Shown: positions 23,969 through 36,998, numbered from the stretch's first letter. The stretch: 64,000 nucleotides of DNA from Hemiscyllium ocellatum (GCF_020745735.1 NC_083424.1:43324999-43388998); one strand, 5' to 3'. Numbers and translations are program-made. The notes: a model not told the origin generated them from the sequence alone.

Positions 23969-25419
23969 TGACTGCTGCCTGGCTAAGGGGCATTGACCCC
24001 CATGATGTGCTGTGTGTGGTTGCACAGTAGATATACATAGAAGGAGGGGAACACTTTATAGTTAAGGCATATATCTCATTTTAGATGCAGTGCCTGTAAT
24101 GCAGTGTATATGCAATTAGAGGTATCAGGCACCATATGGGTGCACAGTTTCCTGGTGAAGCCACATACATAGTTCACCTATTTCTCTTTGGAAAGAAAGG
24201 AGTCAATATGTTTCCCTTTCCTTTGGATTCAACATGTCAACCACATTCCTTAATTCAGTGGTGTGTGGCAAACTGAGATGTTGAAAATGGCAAAGCATCC
24301 AATTCAATTTTGTAGGTAGTGAGGGTAGGAATTATGGATGCACTAGTCAAAACATTTGGTGATACAGGGAGGTGCCAGGTGACTGGAGAATTGCCAACAT
24401 TATGGCCTTGTTCAAACAAGACTGTGAGGCTACTGTGAAGCTAATCTGAGCAATTATAGGCAAGTTGGTTTAACTTTGGCTGAGGAGAAGCTTCTTGAAA
24501 CAGGTGTACAACAGTGACATCTGAGTACTGAAAAAGATGTAGGATTTCACCTCTTTTTCTAAACTTCACACTATATATTGTCAAGAGAATAAAACAAAAA
24601 TTAAAATTGGCCTTGATAAATGAAAACAAATGAAATTATAGTGATTGTTATTTGAAGACAAAGAGACCGTTAAGATCCAAATAACCTCTGCTCTCCAAAT
24701 ACTCTCTAGTAATGATATTCACAGTCTGGGCTCACACAGCTGGTTGAAGTTTTAAAAGCAATGTGCACTCCAGCATGAGCTGACACCTTAGGCAGGCAGA
24801 GAGGGTGAACAAAGAAATTTAAGGTTGCAGAGGAGGAAGGGTGTGGAAACTTGAAATTCAATATGTTTCAGGCACACTGTAGAACAAGTGCAAAGGACAG
24901 ACCAACCTTACATCCCTGAACTCTCTGACTTTTGTATCTAATCATGTGTGAAGCAAAAACTGGCAGGTTAATATTGATGAGCTTTCTCCAAAGTCTCTAG
25001 TGATGATCAGCTAGGCATCCTTTCCAGTGAGAGCTGATTAGGTGTTCTTATTGCTTATCACCAGTGAAGGTGACAGATTCCATTCCAAGACTATTGGCTT
25101 TGATCAATTGCCTTTTAATGATTGATGTGCAATGTGACCATCATGCATCACATTAAAGGTGCTTTTCACTGCTGTAAGTGGAGATATGGAGACAGGGCTC
25201 GTTGCTGGAAATTGAATCTTTTAGTAGCTCCTTTGTATGTCGCCTTATTGACACCAGTAATGGTTCTCTCAAACAATGAAGCTACAAAATACATTATTGG
25301 GATCTGGTTTTCACAGAGAAGGGTTAACCTTCTTTCAAGACACTGTTAAAGACTATAATTGTTCAAATATGCAGCAGTCATCAATTCTTTGATTTGAACA
25401 CTCAGGTAGGTATTTCTAA

Positions 25420-25625
25420 TCAAATTGCTTAGAGATGTTGTTATAGACCTCTGGGCCAGGTTGAACTGGGCACCTTGACTCAGAGATAAGGACACTACCA
25501 CTGTACCACATGTGGACCTATTTCCTTAATCAACCTGTTCAGAGATGTTATAACAGACCTCTGGAGCAGGTGGGACTTGAATCTGGGCCTCCTGCGCCGG
25601 GGGTGAGGTTACTATCACTGTGCCT
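25420..25625 (-). repeat. Tandem pair of a short tRNA-derived element
   Basis: Two about 105-bp units: agagatgtt..atagacctctgg...gaa.ctggg...actaccactg. Confidence 0.6.
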
Positions 25626-25937
25626 TACTATGAGATGTGCCTTTGAGGTTTTGCTCTGTTGTGTTTCTTTTGAGAGAAAGTGTTATTAACTTGGAGTCGA
25701 GCTGTCTGCTCTGAGCCCAGCACTGTTGCTAGGTTTGGTTTTTATTTAGAAGCAGATGAAATGAAAGGATGGATGAAGTCAAATTCCCACACCTCCAGGA
25801 TTTTAGTTTAACTTTCAGTAGCTATACATCTCTCCCTGCTACAGCAGAACGCTTGAGTTCACTCAGGTGTTATTCTGCGAGATATGATAGTAGTGAATCC
25901 AGAGGCGGTAATGCCGTTAAATGTCAAGGGATTCTCT

Positions 25938-26135
25938 AAAGTGAAAATAAAGAATTGCGGATGCTAGAAATCGGAAACAAAAACAGGAAGTGCTGGAGAA
26001 ACACAGCAGGTCTGGCAGCATCTGTGGAGAGAAAAACAGAGATAATGTTTCGAGTCCAATGATCCTTTGTCAGATGAAAAGTCACTGGAATCAAAGAGTT
26101 AACTCTATTTTTGTGTCTCCAGCGCTTCCTTCTGA
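25938..26135. mobile_element. Family-C PLE fold-back insertion within a CR1 remnant
   Basis: acagagataatgtttcgagtccaatgatcc versus gtcactggaatcaaagagttaactct inverted arms; flanking gattctct repeat. Confidence 0.6.
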
Positions 26136-27522
26136 TTAGATTCTCTCTTGTTGGAGATAGTCATTGATTAGCACATGAGGGGCACAAACATTACCTGTCA
26201 CTTATGAGCCCAAGCCTGAATATTGTCAATGTGTTGCTGTGTGTGGACATAAACACCTTTCAAGCACTCCCTGCAGCAACAAGTTCCACCTTCTCCTGGT
26301 GAAGACATTTCCTGTGAGTCCCTCGATGGATTTCCTATCTTGAAAGTCATGATAGTTTTAACCTCCCATTTTCAAAAATTCTATTTAATTAGCAGGAATT
26401 TCTTTTGATTATCTTTAGAAGTTTCACATACAAGTCAGAGTATTTGGAGCTAAAGCGTTAGAAAAATTGCTGAAGCATATGAGAAAACATTTATAACAGG
26501 GAAGAACATTTCTCTCTAAGTCGCACATACCACAGATCCACATTTAACTGAGTCTCAACCACAGCATCTGTTAACATTTCATTTCAAAGATTTTAGCACC
26601 TTATCCCTTAGAGAGACTGCTCCTGTTATTAACCTGTTGCCTAAGGACTCTGAATAGAAACTTTCAAATTCTTTTCTACACCAGCTGTGATGACCAGCTC
26701 CTGTCTGCAAGTCTTAGATTTGAACCTGGGTTGGACAAAATATAGCATTCAGACACTGTTAATCAATCCTCTCTGAGGTCTCCAGTTCTCAATGACACAG
26801 ACTCCTTGCCTGTGAAAATAACATCTGCCATTGGCATTAAAATATTAGCATCCTGAACAGTCAAATCAAAGGTAAAAGTGAATAAATTTCCCTCATAAAG
26901 TTTTTTCTGAAAATGTTGCTGTCTTTCCATTTTCGATTGCTGAGGTACAGTATTAAGAGCATAGAATATTTTCTCATATCGTGCTGAAAGAGACCAAGCT
27001 TCTAATGGGAGCCATTAAATAATGACTGGCTGGGTTATGTCCCTAGCTGGTGGCACTGAGGCCAATTACAGCACACTACTTGGTACTCCAGCTGAGATCA
27101 GCTGCTCACCCACTCACCCAATGAAACTATTCAGTCATCAGAAGACTCGCAGCAAGTCTGAATTTCAAAGGATGTGATTTCGTGAAATGTTCATTTTTTG
27201 AAATTATGTCCACCAATAGACTCCAGCCATTTTAATACTAACGGGTTTAGGTTCCTCTGTGCATGACTGTAAAGTTATTGCAGCAAATTTTTAATACAGA
27301 TGTTTATCTTATCAAAACAAATATTCAGCAGCTGTGCCAAAACAGCACAAAGAGGAACTTCCTCAAAACAGTTAATCTGTGTGCTAATTATGCCACACAC
27401 AGGAAAGTACATTTGGAAAAATTGAATGGCAGTGAAAATTTATCTGGAAATTTTCATACTAACATTCAACCAGGCACCATGGACCATTCAGCCTCTCGAG
27501 CCTGCTCTGCTATTCAAATAAG

Positions 27523-27836
27523 GTGACTCAGTGATTAGCACTGCTACCTCACAAGCACCAGGGACCCAGTTTCGATTCCACCCTCAGATGACTGTCTGTG
27601 TGGAGTTTGCACATTCTCCAGGTGCTCCAGTTTTCTCCCACAGTCCAGAGAAGTGCAGATTAGGTGGATTGGCCATGGGAAATTGTCCATACTGTCCAGG
27701 GATGTGCAGGTAGGTGGATTAGCCATGAGAAATGCAGGTTTACAGGGATAGAGTAGGGTGTGGGTAGGATGCCCTTCTAAGAATTGGAGTGGACTTGATG
27801 GGCTGTATGGCCTACTTCCACACTGTAGGGATTCTA
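27523..27836 (+). mobile_element. HE1 SINE inserted in a minus-strand CR1 tail
   Basis: Head, V-domain and cacactgtagggattcta tail. Confidence 0.85.
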
Positions 27837-28189
27837 AGATCATGTAATATCTGAATGTAACTTCAAATTGCATTCCTGTCTACCCCTGATAATATTCACC
27901 CTCTTGTTTAACGAAAATCAAACCACCTCTGCCTTGGAAACAGTCAAGGTCTCTGGTTCCACCACCTTTCAGTTAAAGCTCCGATGGCTCACCACCTTCT
28001 GACTGAAAACAGTTAGCTCTCATCTCTGTTTTAAATTGGTGATACCTGATTTTTAAAACAGTGACCATCCCCCCATCCAAATTTATTAATGTAACATTTG
28101 TATGCTCTTCAAAGGAAGAAAAGCTAACAATTCAAAATTGAAAACCTAACCTTATCAGCGCTCAGTAATCCCTCATTTTTCTCTTTGTT

Positions 28190-28785
28190 CTTTCATGAGA
28201 AGTGAACATCAGTGGTAAGGCAGTACAGTAGAACCCCCACATCCGCGAATTCGATTTCCGTGTTTCAGTTATTGCGGAATACCGTGGCCCAAAAATATTA
28301 CATGAAACATTCCAAAAATAATGCCGGGGCTGCCAGGGAGGTAAGTTTCCCATTTAAATGATAGGGTTCACTACTATCCGCAATTCCGGGCATCCATGGT
28401 AGATTTTGGAACGTATCACTTGGGGATAAGGGGGTCATCCGTTTTTATTGCTCACCTTAATTGTCCCAAATCTGAGGGGCTGTCAAAATTCTTTCAGATG
28501 GTAGTTTAGAGTCAACTACATTATTGCAGATCTGGAGTCACATGGAGGCCAGATCAGGTAAGAGTGGCAGATTTTCTTCCTTAAATGATATTGGTGAGCA
28601 GGATAAACTTTATAACAATCGTTGATGGTTTCACCGCAATTGAAAATTGCTTTCAATACCAAATGTCTTAATAATTAACTTTAGTTCCATCACTAGTCAA
28701 AGTGGTATATGAATCTGTGTCCCCAGAGCATTAACTTAGGTCTCTGAATTATTAGTCCACTATCACTAAGCCATCATCTTCTCAC
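28190..28785 (-). mobile_element. tRNA-derived SINE with CR1-type tail, carrying a Tigger-like MITE (about 28226-28441)
   Basis: SINE matches 38608-38930; MITE ends cagtagaacccccacatcc / ggataagggggtcatccg. Confidence 0.65.
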
Positions 28786-29303
28786 ATACCAAGTGTTCCC
28801 AGGTCAGAGTATGGATTAGGTGAAGAATCTTACTCCCTCTCTTCACCTCAAAAACATAAATTGGTCTCAACCACAGAAGACGTTCTCTTCTTGCACGGAT
28901 CAGCTTGGATGCTTCTGAATGAGATTTCGCATTTTTGTGGGTAAACTTTAGGCTGACTCCAAAAGGAACTGAACTTAGATTGACTACATGTATCTGAAGG
29001 GGAAAGTACTGTGGAAGCTGAAATACTGACTAAAGATGCAGGAAATACTCAAAGGTCTAACAGAATCAAGGAAGAAAGAAGCAGCATTAACATTTCTATT
29101 CTGAGCTTGTTTATCAGAACTGTGGGATGTTATTGGGGTGAGAGATTTTAAGCAGGGAGTGGGGTGGTGGGGGAGAAGGAAAGGGTAAGGATAGAACAAT
29201 AGGAAAGTCCTGGATAGGATGGACAGAAGGGGTGCCCAGAGAAAGAGCTCTCATATGGAGGAAGTGGGAGGATTCAAAGAATAAGTGAAAATAAGATTAG
29301 CCA

Positions 29304-30279
29304 TGATTTGGAGATGCCGGTGTTGGACTGTTGGTGTACAAAGTTAATAATCACACAACACCAGGTTATAGTCCAACAGGTTTATTTAGAAGCACTAGCT
29401 TTCACAGTGTTGCAACTTCACCCGGTGGTTAGATTAGATTAGATTCCCTACAGTGTGGAAACAGGCCCTTCGGCCCAACAAGTCCACACCGACCATCCGA
29501 AGAGTAACCCACCCAGACCGACTACACTCTGACTAATGTACCTAACACTATGGGCAATTTAGCATGGTCAATTCACCTGACCTGCACATCTTTGGACTGC
29601 GGGAGGAAACTGGAGTACCCGGAGGAAACCCACGCAGACACGGGGAGAATGTGCAAACTCCACACAGATAGTCGCCTGAGGCTGGAATCAAACCTGGGAC
29701 CCTGGTGCTGTGAGGCAGCAGTGCTCACCAATGGCCAAAAGACACAAAATTTATAGGAAATGTTTACATTGTGATGTCAGTGAAATTATATATTAAAAAA
29801 TACCTGGATTTTTTGTTAAGTCTCTCATCTTTTAGAATGAATATGTTGGTTTCATTTCTTTCATATGTAAATCACATAACTTTTTTAAAGTTACATTCTC
29901 AAGTGAACTTTAACGATTGGTATAATATTCGCACCAGTCTCACACAGGGCACCTCACACCTTCAATGCATTATCTGGGCTGACATTACACCAACTGTTGA
30001 AGTTTACTTGAGAACATAACTTTAAAAAGGTTCTGCGGTTTACATATGAAAGAATTGAAACCAACATGTTCATTCTAAAAGATGAGAGACTTAACAAACA
30101 ATTCAGGTCTTTTTCAACATATAATTTCAGTTGCATCATACTGTAAACTTTTGCTATAAATTCTGTGTCTTTCAATCTTATACTCCACAACCACCTGATG
30201 AAGAAGCTGCACTCCAAAAGCTCATGCTGCCAAATAAACCTGTTGGGACTACAACCTGGTGTTGTGTGATTTTTAACTC
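29304..30279. mobile_element. Long family-B PLE fold-back (inverted arms) with an HE1 inserted at about 29429-29733
   Basis: 10-bp TSD agattagcca at 29294-29303 and 30280-30289; arms give the same peptide on both strands (ORFs 29771+ and 29954-). Confidence 0.8.
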
Positions 30280-30861
30280 AGATTAGCCAGGCAGAGGAAG
30301 GAGGTGGAAGACAAGCTCTATTCAAGAAACAAGCAAAGAGCCCTCAGGTTTCTCTGATGATGAATGTAAATGTAGAGGCACTGATTGTCAGTGTATAAAG
30401 GTCACAGTTATTCTGTTCACCTATGTCCTTTAGGGAAGGAAATATGCCATCCTCATCTGGTCTGGCCTCCATGTGACTCCAGACCCACAGCAATCTGCCA
30501 TCTGAAAGAGTTTATGAACCACTCAGTTTAGGGGCAATTAGGGATGAGCCACAAATACTGCATTACCAGTGAGAATGGGAAATTTAAACTGGAGGAGGGT
30601 ATCAGGAATGTTACAGATGTAAGTTCAACATGCTTGGAAAAGTGAAGAGACAAGTGGAGCTAAAGTTATATAAAATCAGTCCACTGGGCAGAACCAGTGG
30701 AGTCAGTCAGGATAGTCCTGTTTGTTGCGAGAGAGGTGAGTTCAGGCCAAGTGGCGATGAGGCACAATGAGGTTCTAGCTGTGGAAGAAAACTCACCAGA
30801 GATTTTAAGTCACTGAAGATGTGGAAAATGATGGCTTGGTGTCATGGTTTTTAGGAGAACA

Positions 30862-31745
30862 TAGAATCATAGAATTCCTACAGTGTGGAAGCAGGCCATT
30901 CAGCCCAAGTCCACACTGACCATCTCAAGAGCATCTCACAGGATCCCTTACCCTATCACTGTAACCCTGCATTTCTCAAGGCTAGCCCATACATGGGCAA
31001 TTTAGCATGGTCAATGCACCTAACCTACACATCAAGTCATAGAGTCATATAGTATGGAAACAGACCCTTTGGTCCAACCAGTCCATGCTGAACATAATCC
31101 CAAATTAAACCAGTCTCACCTGCCTGCTCCTGGCCCATATCCCTCCAAACCTTTCCTCTTCATGTACTTATCCAAATGTCTTTTAAATGTTATAATTGTC
31201 CCCACATCCACCACTTCCTCAGGAAGTTCATTCCACATGCGAACCACTCTCTGCCTCTTATGTCTTTTTTAAATCTCTCTCCTCTCACCTTAAAAATGTG
31301 TCTCTTAGTCTTAAAATACCCCTTCCTAGGGAAAAGACAACTCCCATTAACTCTATCTATACCTCTCATTATTTTATAAACTTTTATTAGATCGCCTCTC
31401 AACCTCCTATCATCCAGTTAAAACATTCCCAGCCTTTCTTTACAACTCAAACCTTCCATATCCTGCAACATCCTGGTGAATCTCTTCTGAACCCTCTCCA
31501 GCTTCTTCTACCTGGGCGAGCAGAGCTGGACACAGTAATCCAGGAGAGGCCTCACCAGTGTCCTGTACAACCTCAACATCACTTCCCAACTCCTATACTC
31601 AAGAGACATCTTTGGACTATGGGAGGAAATACATGCAGGCACAGGGAGAATGTGCAAGCTCCATACAGAAAGTCACCCAAGGGTGGGATTGAACCCGGGT
31701 CCCTAGTACTGTAAGGCAGCAATACTAAGCATTGAGCCACCCATG
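30862..31745 (-). mobile_element. HE1 SINE interrupted by a CR1 3' fragment (about 31036-31602)
   Basis: HE1 halves flank RGDLIKVYKIMRGIDRV-encoding sequence. Confidence 0.85.
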
Positions 31746-32189
31746 TGGACTGTTAGCATGTCATCTCCATGTTTTACAGGTCTGTTCATTAAACAATTAA
31801 CAGTGATACTCTTGTCAGCCAGTTTGATGCAAATGTTAATTTTGAACCTGAAAGTGTGCTGCAAGATCAGAGAGAGGTGGGTTAGAGCAAGTGAGTGAAA
31901 CTAAAGCACTGAGTTGGCTGATTTCTTGCTGATTGTTCCCACTGTAAAGATCTAGAGAGGATAAGAGGTTCTCAGTGAAAATTGGTGGAGGCAGGGAAAG
32001 AGTTTGGTGTGCACAATGAAGAGGGTGCAGAGTTGAGGGTGATGGAATAATGTCATCATTATATCAATCTAGAAGATCACTGAGTTGGAACACAGCAAGG
32101 GACAAACCTTCTCTGAACACTTATATTTAGGACCAGAGAGGGAAAGATCAGATGGGTTAAAACACAGTGAAGAATAAAACAGGAAAGAC

Positions 32190-34293
32190 AGATAGAGTCA
32201 CAGGGATGTACAGCATGGAAACAGACCCTTTGGTCCAGTCCATCCATGCCGACCAGATATCCCAACTCAATCTAGTTCCACCTGCCAGCACCCAGCCCAT
32301 ATCCCTCCAAACCCTTCCAATTCTTATACCCATCCAAATGTCTCTTTAATGTTGCAATTGTACCAGCCTCCACCACTTCCTCTGGCAGCTCATTTCATAC
32401 ATGTACCACCCTCTGTGTGAAAAAGTTGCCCCTTAGGTCTCTTTTGTATCTTTTCACTCTCACCCTAAACCTATGCCCTCTAGTTCTGGACTCCCTGACC
32501 CCAGGGAAAAGACTTTGTCTATTTACCCTATCCATGCCCTTCATAATTTTGTAAATCTCTGTATAAGGTCACCTCTCAGCCTTCGATGCTCCAGGGAAAA
32601 CAGCCCCAGTCTGTTCAGCCTCTCCCGATAGCTCAAATCCTCCAACCCTGGCAACATCCTTTTAAATCTTTTCTGAACCCTTTCAAGCTTCACAACATCT
32701 TTCTGATAGGAAGGAGACCAGAATTGCATGCAATATTCCAACAGTGGCCTAACCAATGTCCTGTACAGTCACAAGATGACCTCCCAACTCCTGTACTCAA
32801 TACTCTGACCAATAAAGGAAAGCATACCAAATGCCTTCTTCACTATCTTATCTACCTGCAACTCCACTTTCAAGGAGCTATGAACCTGCACTCCAAGGTC
32901 TCTTTGTTCAGCAACACTCCCTAGGACCTTAACATTAAGTCTATACGTCCTGCTAAGATTTGCTTTCCCAAAATGCAGCACCTCGCATTTATCTGAATTA
33001 AACTCCATCTGCCACTTCTCAGCCCATTGGCCCATCTGGTCAAGATCCTGTTGTAATCTGAGGTAACCATCTTCGCTGTCCACTACATCTCCAATTTTGG
33101 TGTCATCTGCAAACTTACTAACTGTATCTCTTATGTTCGCATCCAAATCATTTATGTAAATGACAAAATGTAGAGGACCCAGCACCGATCCTTGTGGCAC
33201 TTCACTGGTCACAGGCCTCCAGTCTGAAAAACAGCCCTCCACCACCACCCTCCTCTGTCTTCTATCTTTGAGCCAGTTCTGTATCCAAATGGCTAGTTCT
33301 CCCGGTATTCAAGGAGATCTAACCTTGTTAATCAGTCTCCCATGGGGAACGTTGTTGAACGCCTTACTGAAGTCCATATAGGTCACATCTAATGCTCTGC
33401 CCTCATCAATCCTCTTTGTTACTTCCTCAAAAAACTCAATCAAGTTTGTGAGACATGATTTCCCACTCAAAAAGCCATGTTGACTATCCCAAATCAATCC
33501 TTGCCTTTCCAAATACATGTACATCCTGTCCCTCAGGATTCCCTCCAACAAATTGCCCACCACCGAGGTCAGGCTCACTGGTCTATAGTTCCCTGGCTTC
33601 TCCTTACCACCCTTCTTAAACAGTGGCACCACGTTAGCCAACCTCCAGTCTTCCGGCACCTCACCTGTGACTATTGATGATACAAATATCTCAACAAGAG
33701 ACCCAGCAATCACTTCTCTAGCTTCCCACAGACCTGATCAGGTCCTGGGGATTTATCCACCTTTACCCATTTCAAGACATCCAGCAGTTCCTCCTCTGTA
33801 ATATGAATATTTTACAAGATGTCACCAACTATTTCCCTATAGTCTATATCTTCGATATCCTTTTCTACAGTAAAGACTGATGCAAAATACTCATTTAACA
33901 TCTCCCCCATTTTCTGCGGCTCCACACAAAGGCCGCCTTGCTGATCTTTGAGGGGTCCAATTCCCTCCCTAGTTACCCTTTTGTTCTTTATGTATTTGTA
34001 AAAACTCTTCGGATTTTCCTTAATTCTATTTGCCAAAGCTCTATCATGACCCCTTTTTGCCTCATGATTTCCCTCTCAAGTATACTCCTACTTATGTTAT
34101 ACTCTTCTAAGGATTCACTCGATCTATCCTGTCTGTACCTGACTCATGCTCCCTTCTTTTTCTTCACCAAACCCTCAATTTCTTTAGTCATCCAGCATTC
34201 CCTATACCTACCAGCCTTCCCTTTCACCCTGACAGGAATATACTTTCTCTGGATTCTCGATATCTAATTTCTGAAGCTTCCCATTTTCCAGCC
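32190..34293 (-). mobile_element. 2.1-kb 5'-truncated CR1/HER1 LINE with frameshifted RT
   Basis: ORFs with VPEDWRLANVVPLFKKG, NYRPVSLTS, YMDFSKAF, PQGSVLGP, KFADDTK. Confidence 0.95.
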
Positions 34294-35349
34294 GGTGTGG
34301 GAGGGATGTGATGTGGAAGTAAGGTGTGGGAAAGCTGAAGGTCTTGAAGCGTTTTTGAAGCTCATAGTCCTTGACGCCTGAATGGAAGTGATAAAGTTTC
34401 TTATTAAAGCACTAGGTAAGATAAAGCATGAACTGAATGTGAGAGTTAGAAGAGAGAGTTGAAGAGAAACATTTTCACATCCAAAAGACACCATACTTCA
34501 TTTTTACAAAGAAAGATACTTAGGAAGGAAAGGGTGCACAGACCAAATAAATGCCCTGTTTGATTGCTGGTCAGCAGTGTGTTTGCTGCCCTGAGTCCAG
34601 CTTTAATTGGCCTTAATGCTTGTAAGTGGTGAAGTTAAAGCATAGTCAGATTACCTACTCTGATCACAGTGCTGTAGATCTCCTTCCTGTGTCCTTGATC
34701 AGTGTGTTCTAGGCCTAATTAGAAAGCAGGACCTACTAGATCATAGGCTAGGGAATAAGGAGGGTTACATGGATAGGTGTTGGCCAATTGGCCTACTCCT
34801 GTTCCTAATTTTAATTTTTTTTTGTTTCTAAATGCATAAAATCCCAACGAGAGCACCAAAATGAGCAGTTTGCTTGACTGCCTGCTAGTCAGGACAAAAG
34901 CAGTTCACACCAGGTTTCATTAGGAACAGAAAAATGTCTATTTATTGCAATACACTTAACTTTAACAACAGCAGAAAAAAGAAATGATTTCCAATCTACT
35001 ACTGTGTACCTTAAACTATTTCCCTACAAACACACGAATGCATACATATTCAATCACGATTGAGACAGACAGAAGACAGACAGTTTAACATAGAAACTAT
35101 GGATAGAAAAAAGAAACAGAGGAAACAAAATCCTGAAGACCACGTCCAAACGGCAAAATGGAAACTTACTTTTGCACAGTCCTTTTTATTTTTGTAATGA
35201 TCATACCTGTTCTCTAAGGGGGATGAGTGTTCTTCAATGCGATGTATGATCAGGTGGACTTAGGTCTTTTCTTGTTTAATGATTTTTTTTAAGCTTTCTA
35301 GATTTTTATTACTTTCTTCCTGCGGGGATGGGGGCAAGGAGAGAGGAGG

Positions 35350-35372
35350 GGAGAGAGAGAGAGAGAGAGAGA
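35350..35372. repeat. (GA)n microsatellite
   Basis: gagagagagagagagagagaga. Confidence 0.9.
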
Positions 35373-35526
35373 TGCCTCCCATGTTCAGGCTCTGGATGTT
35401 TTTCTCTGCTGTTCCTGACACTTAAAGCTTTTTAAACACTCCACAGGGCAAGTTATCAGACAGTTGTTGTGGATTAGTGGTGCTGGAAGAGCACAGCAGT
35501 TCAGGAAGCATCCAAGGAGCAGCAAA

Positions 35527-35560
35527 GTCGACGTTTCAGGCAAAAGCCTTTCATCAGGAA
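35527..35560 (-). ncRNA. Minimal hammerhead motif (intact core)
   Basis: UUC-CUGAUGA-A-AGGC-UUUU-GCCU-GAAAC-GUC-GA. Confidence 0.62.
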
Positions 35561-35913
35561 TAAAGGCAGAGAGCCTGAAGCATGGAGAGATAAGCTAGAA
35601 GAGGGTGGGGGTGGGGAGAAAGAAGCATAGAGTACAGTAGGTGAGTGGGGGAGGGGATGAAGGTGATAGGTCAGGGAGGAAGAGCTTCAGGACAGAGGAA
35701 ATGACCTGGGAGTTGCAGTGGGAGAGGGATTCCCTGAGATTCTTGTAGAAAGAGGAGGAAAACTTCTTCAAGCCAGGCTTCCTTTCAAGAGGATTCGCAG
35801 TAGGGTTAAAATCAACTAGGTAAAAACAATGACTGCAGATGCTGGAAACCAGATTCTGGATTAGTGGTGCTGGAAGAGCACAGCAGTTCAGGCAGCATCC
35901 GAGGAACAATAAA

Positions 35914-35947
35914 ATCGATGTTTCTGGCAAAAGCCCTTCATCAGGAA
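35914..35947 (-). ncRNA. Minimal hammerhead motif (partly mutated)
   Basis: CUGAUGA-A-GGGC-UUUU-GCCA-GAAAC-AUC; base pair of stem II and the ACGU palindrome are broken. Confidence 0.45.
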
Positions 35948-36219
35948 TAAAGACAGAGAGCCTGAAGCATGGAGAGATAAACTAGAGGAGGGTGGGGGTG
36001 GGGAGAAAGTAGCCTATCAGACAGTTGTTGTCAGGCAGAATTTCCTTAACATAAAAGTAATGACCACATAACCTTGAATTCTGCCTCTCTCCACTTCAAA
36101 GAGCAATGTTATGTTGTAATCTCTAAACATTTGCAGCATTTTATGTATAAGTTGTAAAAACTCTCTTTGGGTTAGAGCAGTGCAACTTCCAATTCAGTTT
36201 CCAGTTCCAAAAAAGTAAA

Positions 36220-36780
36220 CTATGTTGTCTCTTAAAATACAAAAGCAGAGAAGTTATGCTGAGCCTTCATCTAACTCAGATCAGGCCCAAGCTAGAATAC
36301 TAAACCCAGTTCTAGACACCACACTTTAAGAGGGATGTGAGGTCCTTAAAAGGATACAGAAGCAATCTATCATAATTTTTTTTTAGTGATGAGGGTTTTT
36401 AGCTACAAGTTTGGTTTTCTAAGTTGGGGTTATTTCTTTTAGAGTAAAAGAGGTTGAAGGGCACTTTGATAGAAGCACAAAATTGTGACCAATTTGGACA
36501 ATGTAGAGAAGGAAAATGTTTTCCAATTAACTGATATTACTAGGACTAAGGGACACAGATTTATGTTTTTGAGTCAGGGAACGTTACGACAAACTGTGAG
36601 TAGTCATGACCTGGAACTGCATGTCCACAAGAAACAGAAAATAGCAATGATTTCAAAAGAAATTAGACGAGCTTTTGAATGTATTGAACTGGGGAGTGAG
36701 ACTGATTTGATTGTCCCACAGAGGGATGGCATAGCCTCGATGGGCTGAATTGCCTTCTTCAATGCTGCAAATGACTGTAA
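36220..36780 (+). mobile_element. Decayed CR1 3' fragment
   Basis: actaggactaagggacacagattt...gcctcgatgggctgaattgcctt. Confidence 0.7.
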
Positions 36781-36888
36781 CTCCAAATGAATGTGTGGGT
36801 GTTGGATTGAGAAAACAGAACAGAGCTTGGCTGTGGTACTCCCTTCACTTAATTTGACTGGCAATGCTACTTGGCTCAGGTATGGAAG

Positions 36889-36998
36889 ATCAGGCAGCAG
36901 GAAAATTTCCAGCTCCTCGGGTGCTGCCTGACCTGCTGTGCTTTTCCAGCAACACACTCTCAACTCTGATCTCCAGCATCTGCAGACATCACTATCTC
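36889..36998 (+). mobile_element. Penelope-like micro-insertion (family A, post-hammerhead part)
   Basis: 14-bp TSD ctcaggtatggaag at 36875-36888 and 36999-37012. Confidence 0.8.

Larger units (their letters stand above)
35471..36014 (-). mobile_element. Non-autonomous partial-tandem Penelope-like element with two hammerheads
   Basis: 17-bp TSD tatcagacagttgttgt at 35454-35470 and 36015-36031; about 157-bp direct repeats at 35471 and 35858 (period 387). Confidence 0.88.

Noticed and set aside
32541-34036. Possibly active CR1 reverse transcriptase
   Set aside because: Split across several frames by stops and frameshifts, and 5'-truncated with no endonuclease or ORF1.
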